A DNA stretch of 64,000 nt from assembly GCA_037379345.1 (NCBI GenBank), contig CM074523.1, positions 28,178,995-28,242,994 of the forward strand. The letters are read 5' to 3'. Of the stretch, positions 38,701-49,960 are shown piece after piece. The notes below the pieces were generated by a model. That model saw only the letters and a program-made list of their open reading frames with translations, ran no database searches and was not told where the DNA came from. The stretch is from Perna viridis. Taxonomy: Eukaryota. The first letter of the stretch is position 1. Every line of letters starts with the position of its first letter. A program made the position numbers and the translations under genes.

Positions 38701-41700
38701 CAATAGTGGAAGAACTCTAAATAATAAATTGCTTATCGTGAATTACTAAATTCTGAAATTTCAATCTCTTTCTCCGCCAAAACGTCACAAAACATGGTAT
38801 TTTGACAATTACCTGCCTTCCTTTTGTCCATGTTTTGTCTGTTCGAGCACCACAAAGAGACAGAACAATTGCATCCATATTTGTTCTAGTTCCATCTGAA
38901 CAGAAGTCTGCCGATGGATGAGACAGCTTTGTTATATTGGTCAAGAAAGTTGTAACTGCTCCTATGTCACAATTGTTGGAATCTGTTCATAGATAAAAAT
39001 ATCCAGTTGTTTCGGTATATACAGTAACTGATGCTACATAAACAGCTCTTGGATAGTAAAAGTGTTCCATTTACACCCTATAACATTCCCAAAATACACC
39101 ATATACTCTACAACTTTGGCAGCGTACTAATTTTAGCTATTTTCGTGGTGAATATAAAAGTGCAGAAAATAGTACCAGCGATATTAATTTTTGACACTAT
39201 ATAAGGCTTATCATTTTTTGAAATCGCGAAAATTGATACCCGCGAATATTTTAAATTGGCAGAATCAGCAAAAATTAGCAACCGCGAAAATTCATACGTT
39301 TACAGTACCTGGTCAATTCCCCATTGTACCTTTCACATTTCCCATTCCCCATTGTCCCTTTCACATTTCCCATTGTCCATTTCCCATTCCCATTGTCCTT
39401 TTCCCATTCCCACATTGTCCCTTTCACATTCCCCATTGTCCCATTCCCATTTTGCATTGTCCTTTTCCCCATTCCCCATTGTTCCTTTCCCTTTCACATT
39501 TGTTCCTTTTCCATTCCTAATTGTACGTTTACACCACATACCTGGCCCATTCCCAATTGTCCTTTTCACATTTCCCATTGTCCATTTCACATTCCTCATT
39601 GTCCCTTTCACATTTCCCATTGTCCATTTCACATTCCCCATTGTCCCTTTCACATTTCCCATTGTCCATTCTACATTTTCCAATGCCCTTTTCCCATTCA
39701 TCATTGTCCCTTTCCCATTCGTAATTACATTTACACCATATACCTGGCCCATTCCCAATTGACCCTTTTCAATTCCACATAGAATCCTTTTCATTAGTCT
39801 TTATCAAATATTTATAATATCAAAATGAATTATATATTGTTTAATTCTTCAAGGTTTTTTTTTGATAAATCAAACATATTAAAGATAGAATTAAAATAGA
39901 TACTTCAAAAACTAATGTAGCTATACTCCCTATGTAAAGTAACAAGTCTCTATACTTTCCTTATTCCTCATCCTGAATATACCATAGAATGGGAAGTTCT
40001 GTACTACATTTCCGGATATGAACATTTAATTTCCCGGTATTTATAGTAAAATGATACACTTAGCAGCTTGTCTGTTTTCCTTGTCTAGTGTTGTATGTAT
40101 TATTTTATGTATTTTAGGTTATTTATTGTGTCTATTTTCCTTGCCCAAGTTGCACGTTTACTTTTGTTGGGTGAATGTATTATTTTTTTTTATTTTATGT
40201 TCTTTATTGTGTATGTTTTCCATGTCTAGTGTTGTGTCTTGTTCCTTTGATAACTATTTTACCAAGTTATTACCACATGTGTTGCACGTGAAAGGACATA
40301 TGCTCTCGACGATGGCATCGGAACACTGGTGTGACATTTTATTACAGTCAGTCATGTTGTCTGCACAATACATTCTTTTGGCATCTGTAAAAATGATTTC
40401 AGAATTAACTATATTACAGTAAATTAACAATTTTCAAATGTATATTATGTTTGCAATGCTATGCACATGGGTACAAATTAAATGGTTTTGTTTTATAAAA
40501 GTGAGTTATTTTATAAATAAAACATATATATTTTCAACGAGCACTTCGGTGAATGGCTTGCAAAAAGCAGCCACTGGTCATCCTTTCGGTTTACCCCTCC
40601 ATGTAATTAGTGCCCGTCGTTATTCTTTATTTACTAAGTTTTATTTTTGTGCGTTTCGATTTGACATTTGTTTTTGTTATTTTCGTTTTTTTTTTGCCCT
40701 TTCCGGTCGTGTTTTTCCCACTATTCGCCCCTGTGTGTTGCCTTCTAGTGTAACGTTTGATCGTAACAGGGTTTCTTAGTGATTTGCTTTAAGTAGACTT
40801 GTTTTTAACACAAAATAGATTGCAACTCTATTGCATTATAAGTACAACAGCAAGCCATATATATTAATATGTACTAGTTACGTGCATATGATTAAATAAA
40901 AAAAATATACCACAAATATTGCCAACTATCACTTTATATTACTATATACACTCATGGTTAAAGCTTATACCAACTTTGATTGGTTCAGGGTTAAAACAAA
41001 GTTGACATACCACAAATGCCACACGCACGTGGACAGAGCATTTTCAAGTGAATCCCAGCAGTACATTCTCCCGGAAACAGTTCGGAACAAATCGGATTTT
41101 GGTCTACACATGTTGAAGTGCTGTTTTTAAGGGTACCGGTTATATTCGGCGTAGTTGGATTAGTAGCTGGCTGACTGCTGAATAAACTTGTAGTCATAAT
41201 TCTAGTTGTAGTCCGATTAAATGATGGACTAAACGTTGTAAGACCTTACAAAAGTAACAACGTTTAATGGCTTGCTAGACAAGTGAAGATACCTAGTCCA
41301 GCTAAATGGTGGGCTAGACGAAGGAATAAGACCTTACAAAAGATACAACGTTTAATGGCTTGCTAGACAAGTGAAGATACGTAGTCCAGTTAAATAGTGG
41401 GCTAGACAAAGGAATAAAACCTTACAAAAATACAAAAACAAAATTATGAATAGCTAGAAAAGGGGATCAAATCTTGTCCAATGAAATTAATGGCTAGACC
41501 AAGGTATGTAACTTTAAATGACCGTGTAGACAAGGTGACAAGACCTAGTCTAATTAAATTCCTATCAAAAAGATGTAACCTTATAAAATTACAACGTTGA
41601 ATTGTTAGATGGTCAAGTGAAATGGCTGACTTAACGGTATATAAATTTAAAATAAAGCCGTTAAATTGTTAGCTGGATAGAAAGGCAAGACCTGGTCTAG

Positions 41701-44438
41701 TTGGCTTTCGAACTATATAAAAATTTAATGTTGTACATTTAAAGCATTTGTTTAATGAACACCTTCAACGATAAATAATTGATATTTTATAGCTTATCTG
41801 AACCGAAAGAAAGAATATCGCTTGGTTAGATCCTTCGATATCAGTTTCCGCTATATAGATGACGTATTATCTTTAAACAATCCTAAATTCGGGGATCTAA
41901 TACATCGCATCTACCCCAAAGAACTTGAGATAAAGCATATTACAGACACTGTGAAGTCAGCATCATATCTTGACCTACACTTAGAAATCGATGGTGAAGG
42001 AAAACTATTGTCCACATTTTACGACTAGCGTGATGACTTTTCATTCAGAATTGTCAACTTTCCTTTCGTCTGTGGCAACTTTCCTTCAGCACCTGCGCAT
42101 GGAGTGTTCATATCACAACTCGTACGTTATGCCAGAGCTTACCGAAACTACGCAGACTTTTTGTATCGCGCTAGAACTCTAACAAATAGGCTTCTGGAAC
42201 AGGGTTATGTTGCTACAAGATTGAAGTCATAACTACAGATGTTTTATGGTCGTCATCATGAACTCGTGGATCGTTATGGTGTATCCATCAGCACCATGAA
42301 AACTAATTTATTCAACGGGTCATAGTTTTCCTTTTTTGTTTATCTACCCCGGACTTGACTTTTTATGAGCAACTCGGCGGGTGTTTCTAGAAAAAAAGAG
42401 AACGCTTATCCCACCGGTGCACCTGGTCCATGCTCCCAGTTTTTAGTGGAGTCCGAGTTGCTCATTTGCTGTTGTTACTTTGTATGTATGATTTCAGTTA
42501 CTTTATGTTCTTTGTTGTGTATGTCTGTTTTCCATGTCTGGTATTTGTCTCTGGATTACATTCGTCTGATTACCGCTTTAACATTGGTTTCCTTGATTAC
42601 TCTTAAACATGTTGTCTTTTTACATTTGATAAAAAGACAAAACTTGTAAATTGGGACGGCAAAGCAGATTAAGGGCTTATAGCAACAAGCAACAAATCGT
42701 CAGCATATCAATTAATACCGCCCGAAGAGTAGTGACTATTAATTTTGACGTCTGGGGTATGTCTTCACCTGGGATCTCACCAACGACCCCCCGCATTGGA
42801 GGCGAGCACGCAATCGTGTTATCAAAGAGGCTGTGAAACTAGATGCATTTTCTTTACTAAAATTTTACCTGCATCAGTGCTACTTGGCGTAATTACAGTA
42901 GGAGTCATGTACGTAGTTGTAATCGTTGTAGCATTTGTTGGTGTTATAGATGGCAACATTTGTGTCATGTAGAAAAATGCATAATTGAAACCAATTAACT
43001 GAGTCGCTGAACACATTTCTATGGGTTTTAATACGCTTACGGTATATATCTGAAATATGTGCAAGTCATTTGTCTGATATTACTTAATTGGAATTCAGCT
43101 TTTACGTATATGGTCCTGTCGGAAAAAAAAAACAACAACAACAACAACACTTATCAGATAAACACATAATCGCAATTTTAATTGTCACTCAATACAAATA
43201 TTGTCACTTATTGCTCAAATAACACATTAATATAAAGTATCAATCTAACTGTCTAACTTTCAAAATTACAATTAATAGTTTAAGGAAAAGAAATAACACC
43301 ACAAATTGATACTCAATGAGGGGAAAATATCTAAAATCGAACTAAAATTGCATTACCTTTTCGCTGAAATAAACCCAGATAACACATTCACTGTCAGAAC
43401 ACTGTTTTATTGCTGCAACCTTTAAACAAACGAGATGTGTCTCTTTGGAGAGTAATTCCAAATTACCAATGCCATTTAGGGTGAAATGTTTTCGACAAAC
43501 ACATTTACTCGCTGCAAAATCAATCATTTAGCTGTTTGTTACTGCATTCTATTCTTTATGTATTCATTCTTTTCACACATCAAGATATTAGCAAAGTATA
43601 ATATAGTATTTTTATATCAAAGATACTTGATTGGAGAACATTAATTAATAGATAAAGTAAGCGTTAATCTAATTTGCCCAATTTCTGGCATTAAACTATT
43701 TTAAACAGATTTCATCGAAATATGGAAAAGTTATCTTTAATTTACGTTATTCGCACACCAAACCATATCTGGTATCTTAAATTTATCACGTCGTGGTTGT
43801 CTCCCTTTTTCCACAAAAAGTATTACTTAAATCATGTTCGTATACAACCAGAACAATGATTAAAACATGGATAACTACCAAACAAGGATAATTGACGTAA
43901 ACAAATACGAGCATGAAATTACCAAATAAGGGTAACAACAAAATAACCGAACACTAATCCGATTCATAATAAAGTCAAGTCCAAATAAAATATAGCAAAA
44001 TAGATGTTTCACAAACGCAGCAACTGGTACTGCAATGGTCCTGATTTGGTACAGACATTTCAAACAAAACGGTCGGTTATATCTAGGTTTTACTTGATGC
44101 TTAGCTTCTCCCCATTTCGGTGTGTAAAAAACTAGAGGTAATTAAATATTTTTTGCATGTTATTTGGCCATAATAGGTAAATCAATGGTCATATCAGCAC
44201 AAGAAACAATTTACAAAAAAAAAAATGGCACGTACAAAGTATTAAAGGTAAATGAACAATTTGGACTTAAAGAAAAAAATAGCATCATTTCTCTGCTCAA
44301 TAATTAGAACGTTCATACACATACTTTGTTCTGTCGTGGAAATTTTCAATATGTCTTCCCCACATCGTGTCGTGCGTACATCATTGAAATCAACATAGCC
44401 TACCTAGAATATGGAGTATAATTTATTGTTTTTTTTTT

Positions 44439-44472
<34 letters not shown>

Positions 44473-47400
44473 TTTTTTGTTTAAGAAATCAAGAAAACCA
44501 AGATTGTAGCGGAAATCAAAAGAATGTAATCCAGGGACAAAGTCCATACATGGAATATGAAACAAACAAGAAGAAAAACCCAAAATATCCCAAAATAGTA
44601 CATACAGAGTAACAAAAGTAAATTAGCAACTCGGACACCACTAAAAACTTGGAGCATATACCAAGTGCGCTGGCAAGTTAAGCTTCCTCTGTCAAAAATA
44701 CCAGCCAAGTACTCATAAAGAGTCAAGGCCAGGGTAGAGGAAAAGAGAACTGTAACCCGTTGAACAAATCAGTTTTTATGGTGCAGAGAGATGCAACATA
44801 ACGATCTACAAGTTCATGATGACGACCGTAATTTTCTGTTGTGATGACTGCAGTCTTGTAGCAACATAAACCTGTTCTAGAAGCTTAATTGTAAGAAGTG
44901 TAGCGCGATACAAAAAGTATACATAGTTACGGCAAGCCCTGACATAACGTTTTAGTTTTGATTTGAAAACTCCATACGCAGGTGCTGAAGGAATGTTGCC
45001 ACAGGTGCATGGAGTTGCCATCACGGAATTAAAGGTCATCGCGTTTATCGGATGGCTTGGTCAATAGTTTTCCTTTACTATCGATCTCTAACTGTAGGTA
45101 AAGATATGAGACTGACTTCACAGTGTCTGTAGTATTCTTTGTCTCAAGTTCTTTGGGATAGATGCGATATATCGAATCCCTGGAGCTAAGATCATATGTC
45201 ATCTATATATCGGAAACTGAGATAAAGGATCTAGCTAAACGATGCTCCTTCTACTGGATCAGATCAGCTATAAAGACAGCCATAAAAGAGTGAAGAAATA
45301 AGTCAAAAAGTAGAGGATCACAATTTGTTTGCATTGGAATGTTGACTGTTTGTCGAAAAAGACGTTCACCACACTGGACAAATATGTTGTCGATCAAAAA
45401 TTCAAGTATCTTGAACACATCTTCTTTGGTATATTTGGAAGATGATTTGGAATATTTTTACAAAGTATGAGGAATCTTTACAAAGGACTACATATTTATA
45501 AAATTGACTAGATCAGTTTTAACTCAAACTGTCAGAAGAACCTGTTCTAGGACAGTTCTAAAAGTGTCATATAACAGTAATAAAGTCAGCTCTCCTGACA
45601 GTTCTAGCAAAGCATGCTTTATTTCTGCCCAGCTTTACGAGACCCAGCTCTGCTACAACGGTAAGAGGATCTAGATCCCTCCCTTGATGCAGTTATCGTA
45701 GAATTATACACATAAATTCGCCTTTTTACTGAATAAATTATATTACAAAAAGTTTCGATTTTGTCTTACATTTACATATGTAGTGATGTGGTGAGACAAA
45801 TGATCGTACACGTACATCATTAATTTTTATTGCAAATAATTTAATTTTTTCTTTGTGAAAGAGTAATCAAGGGAACCAAAGTTATTAAACAACTCGCAAT
45901 TTAACCAATAATTTTAGTTCTTCAATAACAACTATTCAAACCCAAAAAAAAAATGAAAAATTGACAAGTACTATAATGTTAAACATGCATATACATGTGC
46001 AGTGTCAAAAAGCTTTAAGATATGAAATCCACACAGAAACTTTAAGATATGGAATCCACACAGTAACTTTAAGATATGGAATCCACACAGTAACTTTATG
46101 ATATGGAATCCACACAGAAACTTTTAGATATGAATCCTACAAAGTAACAAAAACATTTCTTGTGTGACTATACCAATACAATCAAAACTGTATAAAAGGC
46201 TATGCTATGAGTATATTAAGACCTATGTTGTTATTTTAGCAAGTGTGTTTAATCCAAAAGTCAATTGTTATTGTTTGTTTCTTTGTATCAATACGTTGGC
46301 AAAGGCTTGACGTGAAATGCAAAACAATTAGTGCTAAAATAGTCAATATCTTTATTTTTCTTGGTTGAACATCTTAAAATGGAAAATCAACAATAAAATA
46401 TTCAAAAAAATATGTCAATCAAGGAGGACTTTTTGAATTCTTAGTATCTTCGATGAGTGTGAACACTTATTTTCATTTGAAAACCTAAAAATTAGATGAA
46501 AAGTTGTAACAGGAATACATTTAAACATATTTTGTTAATTTTTGCTAGTACTATAACTCTAACATTGTTAGAAAAACTTCAAATACTCGCCTGCGTATGA
46601 TGTTTCATGTCACAACTCATATGTGAAGCCAGATCTTGTCCTAACTACGCAGGCTTTTTGTATCGAGCTAGACGTCTTATAATTAAAATTCTCGAACGGG
46701 TTATGTTGCTACAAGATTAAAGTCATCACTACAGATATTTCATAGTCGTCATCATGAACAACTCGTGGTCGTTACGTTGAATCCATTTGCACCATGAAAA
46801 CTGATTTAAACATTTCATTGTTCGGCAGGTTTTTTTTTTTTTTTAAAAGCAGAGGACGCATACCCTACGGTGCACCTGGTCCATGCACCCAGTTTTAAGT
46901 GGAATCCGAGTTGCTCATTTACTTTTGTTACTTTGTATGTATTACTTTAGTTACTTTATGTTCTTTGTTGTATTTGTCTGTTTTCCGTGTCTGGTCTTTG
47001 TCTTCGGGTTACATTCTTTTGATTTTCTATAGAATCGTGGTTCCCTGAAATAATCTAAATCAATTTGAATTTTTATAATCTATCTGAATGACTAGCTCCT
47101 TTGGTACTGTGACGTCATTAAAGTCGATTTCTCCACATTTCGTGTTTACAATAACCTCATACAAAAGAAATTTTTCATTACGAATAATTAATTGATATTT
47201 TAGGATGGACTGTAATTCATCAAAAGTTAAAGTAGAAGCATGAACCGGGTTTGAACTTTTACAAACAAGCTTGTTTATTTTACCTCAATATAAAACATAG
47301 AAACATTTCCTAAAGTAAAATCGAGATCCATATATAAATATCTCGATTCCTAAACAAAATTTTTTTCAAAATAAATCGTTATTCTCTTTCTTATACACTT

Positions 47401-49960
47401 TTTTTACCAGTCTCCATCTACCCATATACCATAGAATGAGATATATATATATAGTGAAACCAAAGAAATTGGACTCTAGTCGATTAAGACACTGTTTGCC
47501 TGGGCTTAAAACATATTAAAATTAATCTGATGGGACTGTAAATGATAATATTCACGATACTTACAAGGTTGGAAACGTTTACTTTTATTGTAACAAAAAA
47601 GGAATGAGGCTTATCAAGTAGTAGCGCACACTGGTTCCTTGCTGTTATAATTATAGTTCGATTTTGTCCTTTTCCGTCATAAACATCCATTTCCGAGTTC
47701 AATGGACATGCACAAATAGGTATATTTGCAAGCTGGCTTTTGGACGAATAATGATGATTAGTTGTATATTGTACGCATCCACCTGAATGACACCATGACA
47801 GAAGAATACATGTTGCAACAATAGAACCAAACAACTAAAACAGAAAGAAAACTAAAGCCATTTACTCGAGCGTATTTATATTGTATAATGTGAAAGTATT
47901 TTAATACGGGGTACCAATGGATGAAGGAAGAAACACAAGTTCGTGGATTTTTGAGTTCGTGGTTTTGAGATTTTCCGTATACACATCAATGGAACCAATT
48001 CTCGTGGTTTGGCCTACCCATGAAAACCATGAAAACTGGTACCCCACGAACAATAGTACTTTCACAGTATATGTATTGTAATATATTGTCAATCAAATTA
48101 TTTATATATAATTACACATTTCTCAGACTACTATAACGAGAATGAACACAGTGAATATATCAGAGAAGCAACCGTATGATAATTTCCCATGGGTCTTTAT
48201 TGAATGACGAGGAAACCCCCTCACATCACAGGGCAGGCTGAAACTGAACACGCCACAAACAACATTAAACACAGGTACAGTGAAATAATCGCTTTCATAT
48301 ACTCCAACAGCATTAATGTAAACTGCAAGTGAAAACGAAACAATATATATAGAAACCAGAAATTCCTGGCTTTAGACAGACACACAAAGAATGTGGCGGG
48401 GTTCAAGTATTTTATTTCTTACGCTTTAGTCAATATTATAATCATTATTTAAGTTATTTGTATTTGAAACGTATATAGTGAAACCAGCACAAAATTATAC
48501 CCCAAAATCCTAAAACTGTCTTAATAAGACACTTTCTATCAGTTCTTGTGTATCAGTTTAAGAGGCTGTAAAAACAGACGACCGCTGTGGGTATAGAACT
48601 TAAAAGTTTAAAAAAATCTTTGGTAGTACTTTTTGCAGATCCAGCTGTGTAGTGTTGTTTGTATAGATTCTTGTGGAGTTGAGGAATTCAGTACATAGCC
48701 GGTAGATCACAATCATCATCTTTGGTAGAGAAACCAATGAGGATAGCAAAGATTTATGGTTAATTTTCCGATATATCTTCTTGGAGAGTTTGATGGCAGT
48801 ATAGGTCATATAACAGCTATTATTTTCTACGTCTACCTCTTATAATAAGTTAGAAGCTATACGTTTTGTAGACCAAAACAATATTGTTTTTGGAATTTGT
48901 CTGCTCGTCATGAATAGTAGACAATGTTTTTGCTACATCGAAGTCTTTGAAAACTGATGTAGCATTGACGCTCATTGACGTACTCCAAACTTGCATACGT
49001 TTCAAAATTAAAGACAACTCAGCCTTTCTGATTTCTCAGGAAATTAATGTCTTCTTGTTCTCATTTTATCCATTTTATTGCGTGGTCAGTGCTTCCTATG
49101 TTATTTCTCTTTAATTGTTGCAGTTGATAAAAAAAACAACTTTTTACTTAGACTAATGATGCTTTTTGGACATGAAATGGGTGAAAAAAATTTAAAAACA
49201 AAATTTGTCATGTGCCACCCACTGCTTCGTTTTTACCTGAACACCTTCTAAATTGCACTTTGAAACTCAGTGTATGTCTAGCGATGTCAAACCTGCAGTA
49301 CTCTCACTTTCAGTCCAATCGATTTTTAGATTTATGAAATTTGATTTTCAAATCTTTGTGCTGATTAAACTAGAAGTATTTGATGGTGATTCATGGGTTT
49401 ATTCGTTCGATTTATCATTTGTCAAGTGGCTGCTGAGCAGTAAATATGGTATACTCGATTTGATTTTTAAAAAATGAGTTGAAGCGAGGCCCTTTCAAAT
49501 CTGGGATCACCCTTGTTTAGGTTATATACTGGTAGGGCAGCATATTTGATATTGGGAGCAAACCTCTTTGAACTCCCTATATCATTTTTATCTTAATAAT
49601 ATGATATTATAGACTGTATCTTCTTGAAAATTCATTTATTTTCAGCTGTTATGTTTGGTCGTTCAATAAGTGATTCGTTCAAAACATATTTCACCATTCT
49701 TCCTATTAAAAATATCAAAAAACACACTACACCTACAGAAGTGAAAGTTTACCACATACAAGAAGTGTCAACTTTCTCCGCACTTGCATCAATGAGCTTA
49801 AATAAATTATTTGATGGAATTTCAACACAACACTCTTATGTCATCTAGGGTCAGAATATACGTATTTATGGCTGATAAGGAACCTAGATTCTATATTGGA
49901 ATCATATTACGGTAGTTTGCACCTTTTCCACCTACTTACGTGTACGATATACATGTGCAT
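35604..49960 (-). CDS. Secreted ShKT-domain protein with a C-terminal Tae2/Dae2 amidase-like domain (~479 aa); exons 49960-49940 (tentative), 47834-47565, 44403-44325, 43511-43357, 43049-42869, 41244-41011, 40384-40274, 38982-38813, 37309-37202, 35714-35604
   Basis: All introns are GT-AG and the phases (0,0,1,0,1,1,1,0,0) chain into a 1440-nt open frame ending TAG. It has a hydrophobic N-terminus, a T/S/P-rich linker and two 6-Cys ShKT modules. Confidence 0.82.
36246..37060 (-). mobile_element. Penelope-like (Naiad-type) RT 3' fragment, intronic
   Basis: DNIFVQCGGRVFQQTFGIP, YPKELEIKDTTDT and RLKSSLQKFY, plus the 3' UTR. Confidence 0.9.
37202..37309 (-). CDS. Amidase-like domain exon
   Basis: VTLSCDLIPLYTPVSSFGSFSHEIGLFLGCTKNGFK; donor GTAAGC; phase 0 to phase 0. 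Confidence 0.82.
38813..38982 (-). CDS. Amidase-like domain exon
   Basis: DSNNCDIG...NMDAIVLSLCGARTDKTWTKGRQ; CAG acceptor and CAG|GTAATT donor. Confidence 0.82.
39312..39772. repeat. Pyrimidine-rich minisatellite, ~21-bp unit CCCATTGTCCCTTTCACATT(T/C)
   Basis: Many degenerate tandem copies; source of the spurious PFTFPIV and MGNVKGT ORFs. Confidence 0.92.
40274..40384 (-). CDS. ShKT domain 2 exon
   Basis: CADNMTDCNKMSHQCSDAIVESICPFTCNTC; symmetric phase 1-1 exon. Confidence 0.9.
41011..41244 (-). CDS. Thr-rich linker plus ShKT domain 1 exon
   Basis: CVDQNPICSELFPGECTAGIHLKMLCPRACGIC; phase 1-1; donor GTATGT. Confidence 0.9.
41241..41720. repeat. 88-bp tandem repeat, degrading rightwards
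   Basis: ACCTTACAAAA recurs at 41243, 41331 and 41419. Confidence 0.8.
41790..42604 (+). mobile_element. Penelope-like (Naiad-type) RT 3' fragment, intronic antisense
   Basis: SFRYIDDVLSLNNPKFGDLIHRIYPKELE..., ORF end and complete 3' UTR. Confidence 0.92.
42869..43049 (-). CDS. Exon leading into the mucin-like linker
   Basis: IYTVSVLKPIEMC...PSITPTNATTITTTYMTPTVITPSSTDA. Confidence 0.8.
43357..43511 (-). CDS. Cys-rich N-domain exon
   Basis: TSKCVCRKHF...QCSDSECVIWVYFSEK; TTTTGCAG acceptor, AAG|GTAATG donor. Confidence 0.75.
44325..44403 (-). CDS. N-domain exon
   Basis: VGYVDFNDVRTTRCGEDILKISTTEQ; supplies the needed phase 0 to phase 1 bridge. Confidence 0.7.
44484..45490 (-). mobile_element. 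Penelope-like (Naiad-type) RT 3' fragment, diverged
   Basis: CGNIPSAPAYGVF...RACRNY; homologous to 54900-56480. Confidence 0.88.
46013..46148. repeat. 27-bp minisatellite, ~5 copies
   Basis: CTTTAAGATATGGAATCCACACAG(T/A)AA in tandem. Confidence 0.9.
46590..47047 (+). mobile_element. Penelope-like (Naiad-type) 3' fragment
   Basis: Matches 55440-55660 and the 3' UTR. Confidence 0.85.
47565..47834 (-). CDS. Signal peptide plus N-domain exon
   Basis: Strong polypyrimidine/TAG acceptor; LFGSIVATCILLSWCHSG...; donor GTAAGT. Confidence 0.78.
47888..48069. mobile_element. MITE-like element (second copy at 61999-62200)
   Basis: Inverted termini TGTGAAAGTA...GGGGTACCA and TGGTACCCC...TACTTTCACA. 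Confidence 0.7.
48630..48930 (-). mobile_element. Penelope-like internal RT fragment
   Basis: Reverse-complement homology to 54340-54610 (WIPKLH...GSAK region). Confidence 0.75.
49940..49960 (-). CDS. Tentative first coding exon (MHMYIVH)
   Basis: ATG in phase 0 with a consensus GTAAGT donor; completes a plausible signal peptide. Confidence 0.4.

Noticed and set aside
38983-39077. Upstream extension of the amidase-like exon with an in-frame TGA (pseudogene or Sec)
   Set aside because: A CAG acceptor at 38983-85 in the correct phase places the TGA in the intron.
39191-39794. Six overlapping ORFs with repetitive peptides
   Set aside because: These are translations of an intronic 21-bp minisatellite.
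45551-45660. Plus-strand AG...GTAAGA open segment that looks like an exon
   Set aside because: No partner exons or recognisable motif; it lies antisense in an intron next to TE sequence.
47075-47156. Possible extra minus-strand exon VIVNTKCGEIDFNDVTVPK resembling the 44325-44403 exon
   Set aside because: Weak GAG acceptor, no good donor before a stop, and not needed for phase continuity. It may be a dead exon; unresolved.
1-49960. Functional cluster of chitin synthase with the amidase-like gene (both glycan related)
   Set aside because: Convergent genes 20 kb apart in an animal genome; adjacency alone is not evidence of linkage.
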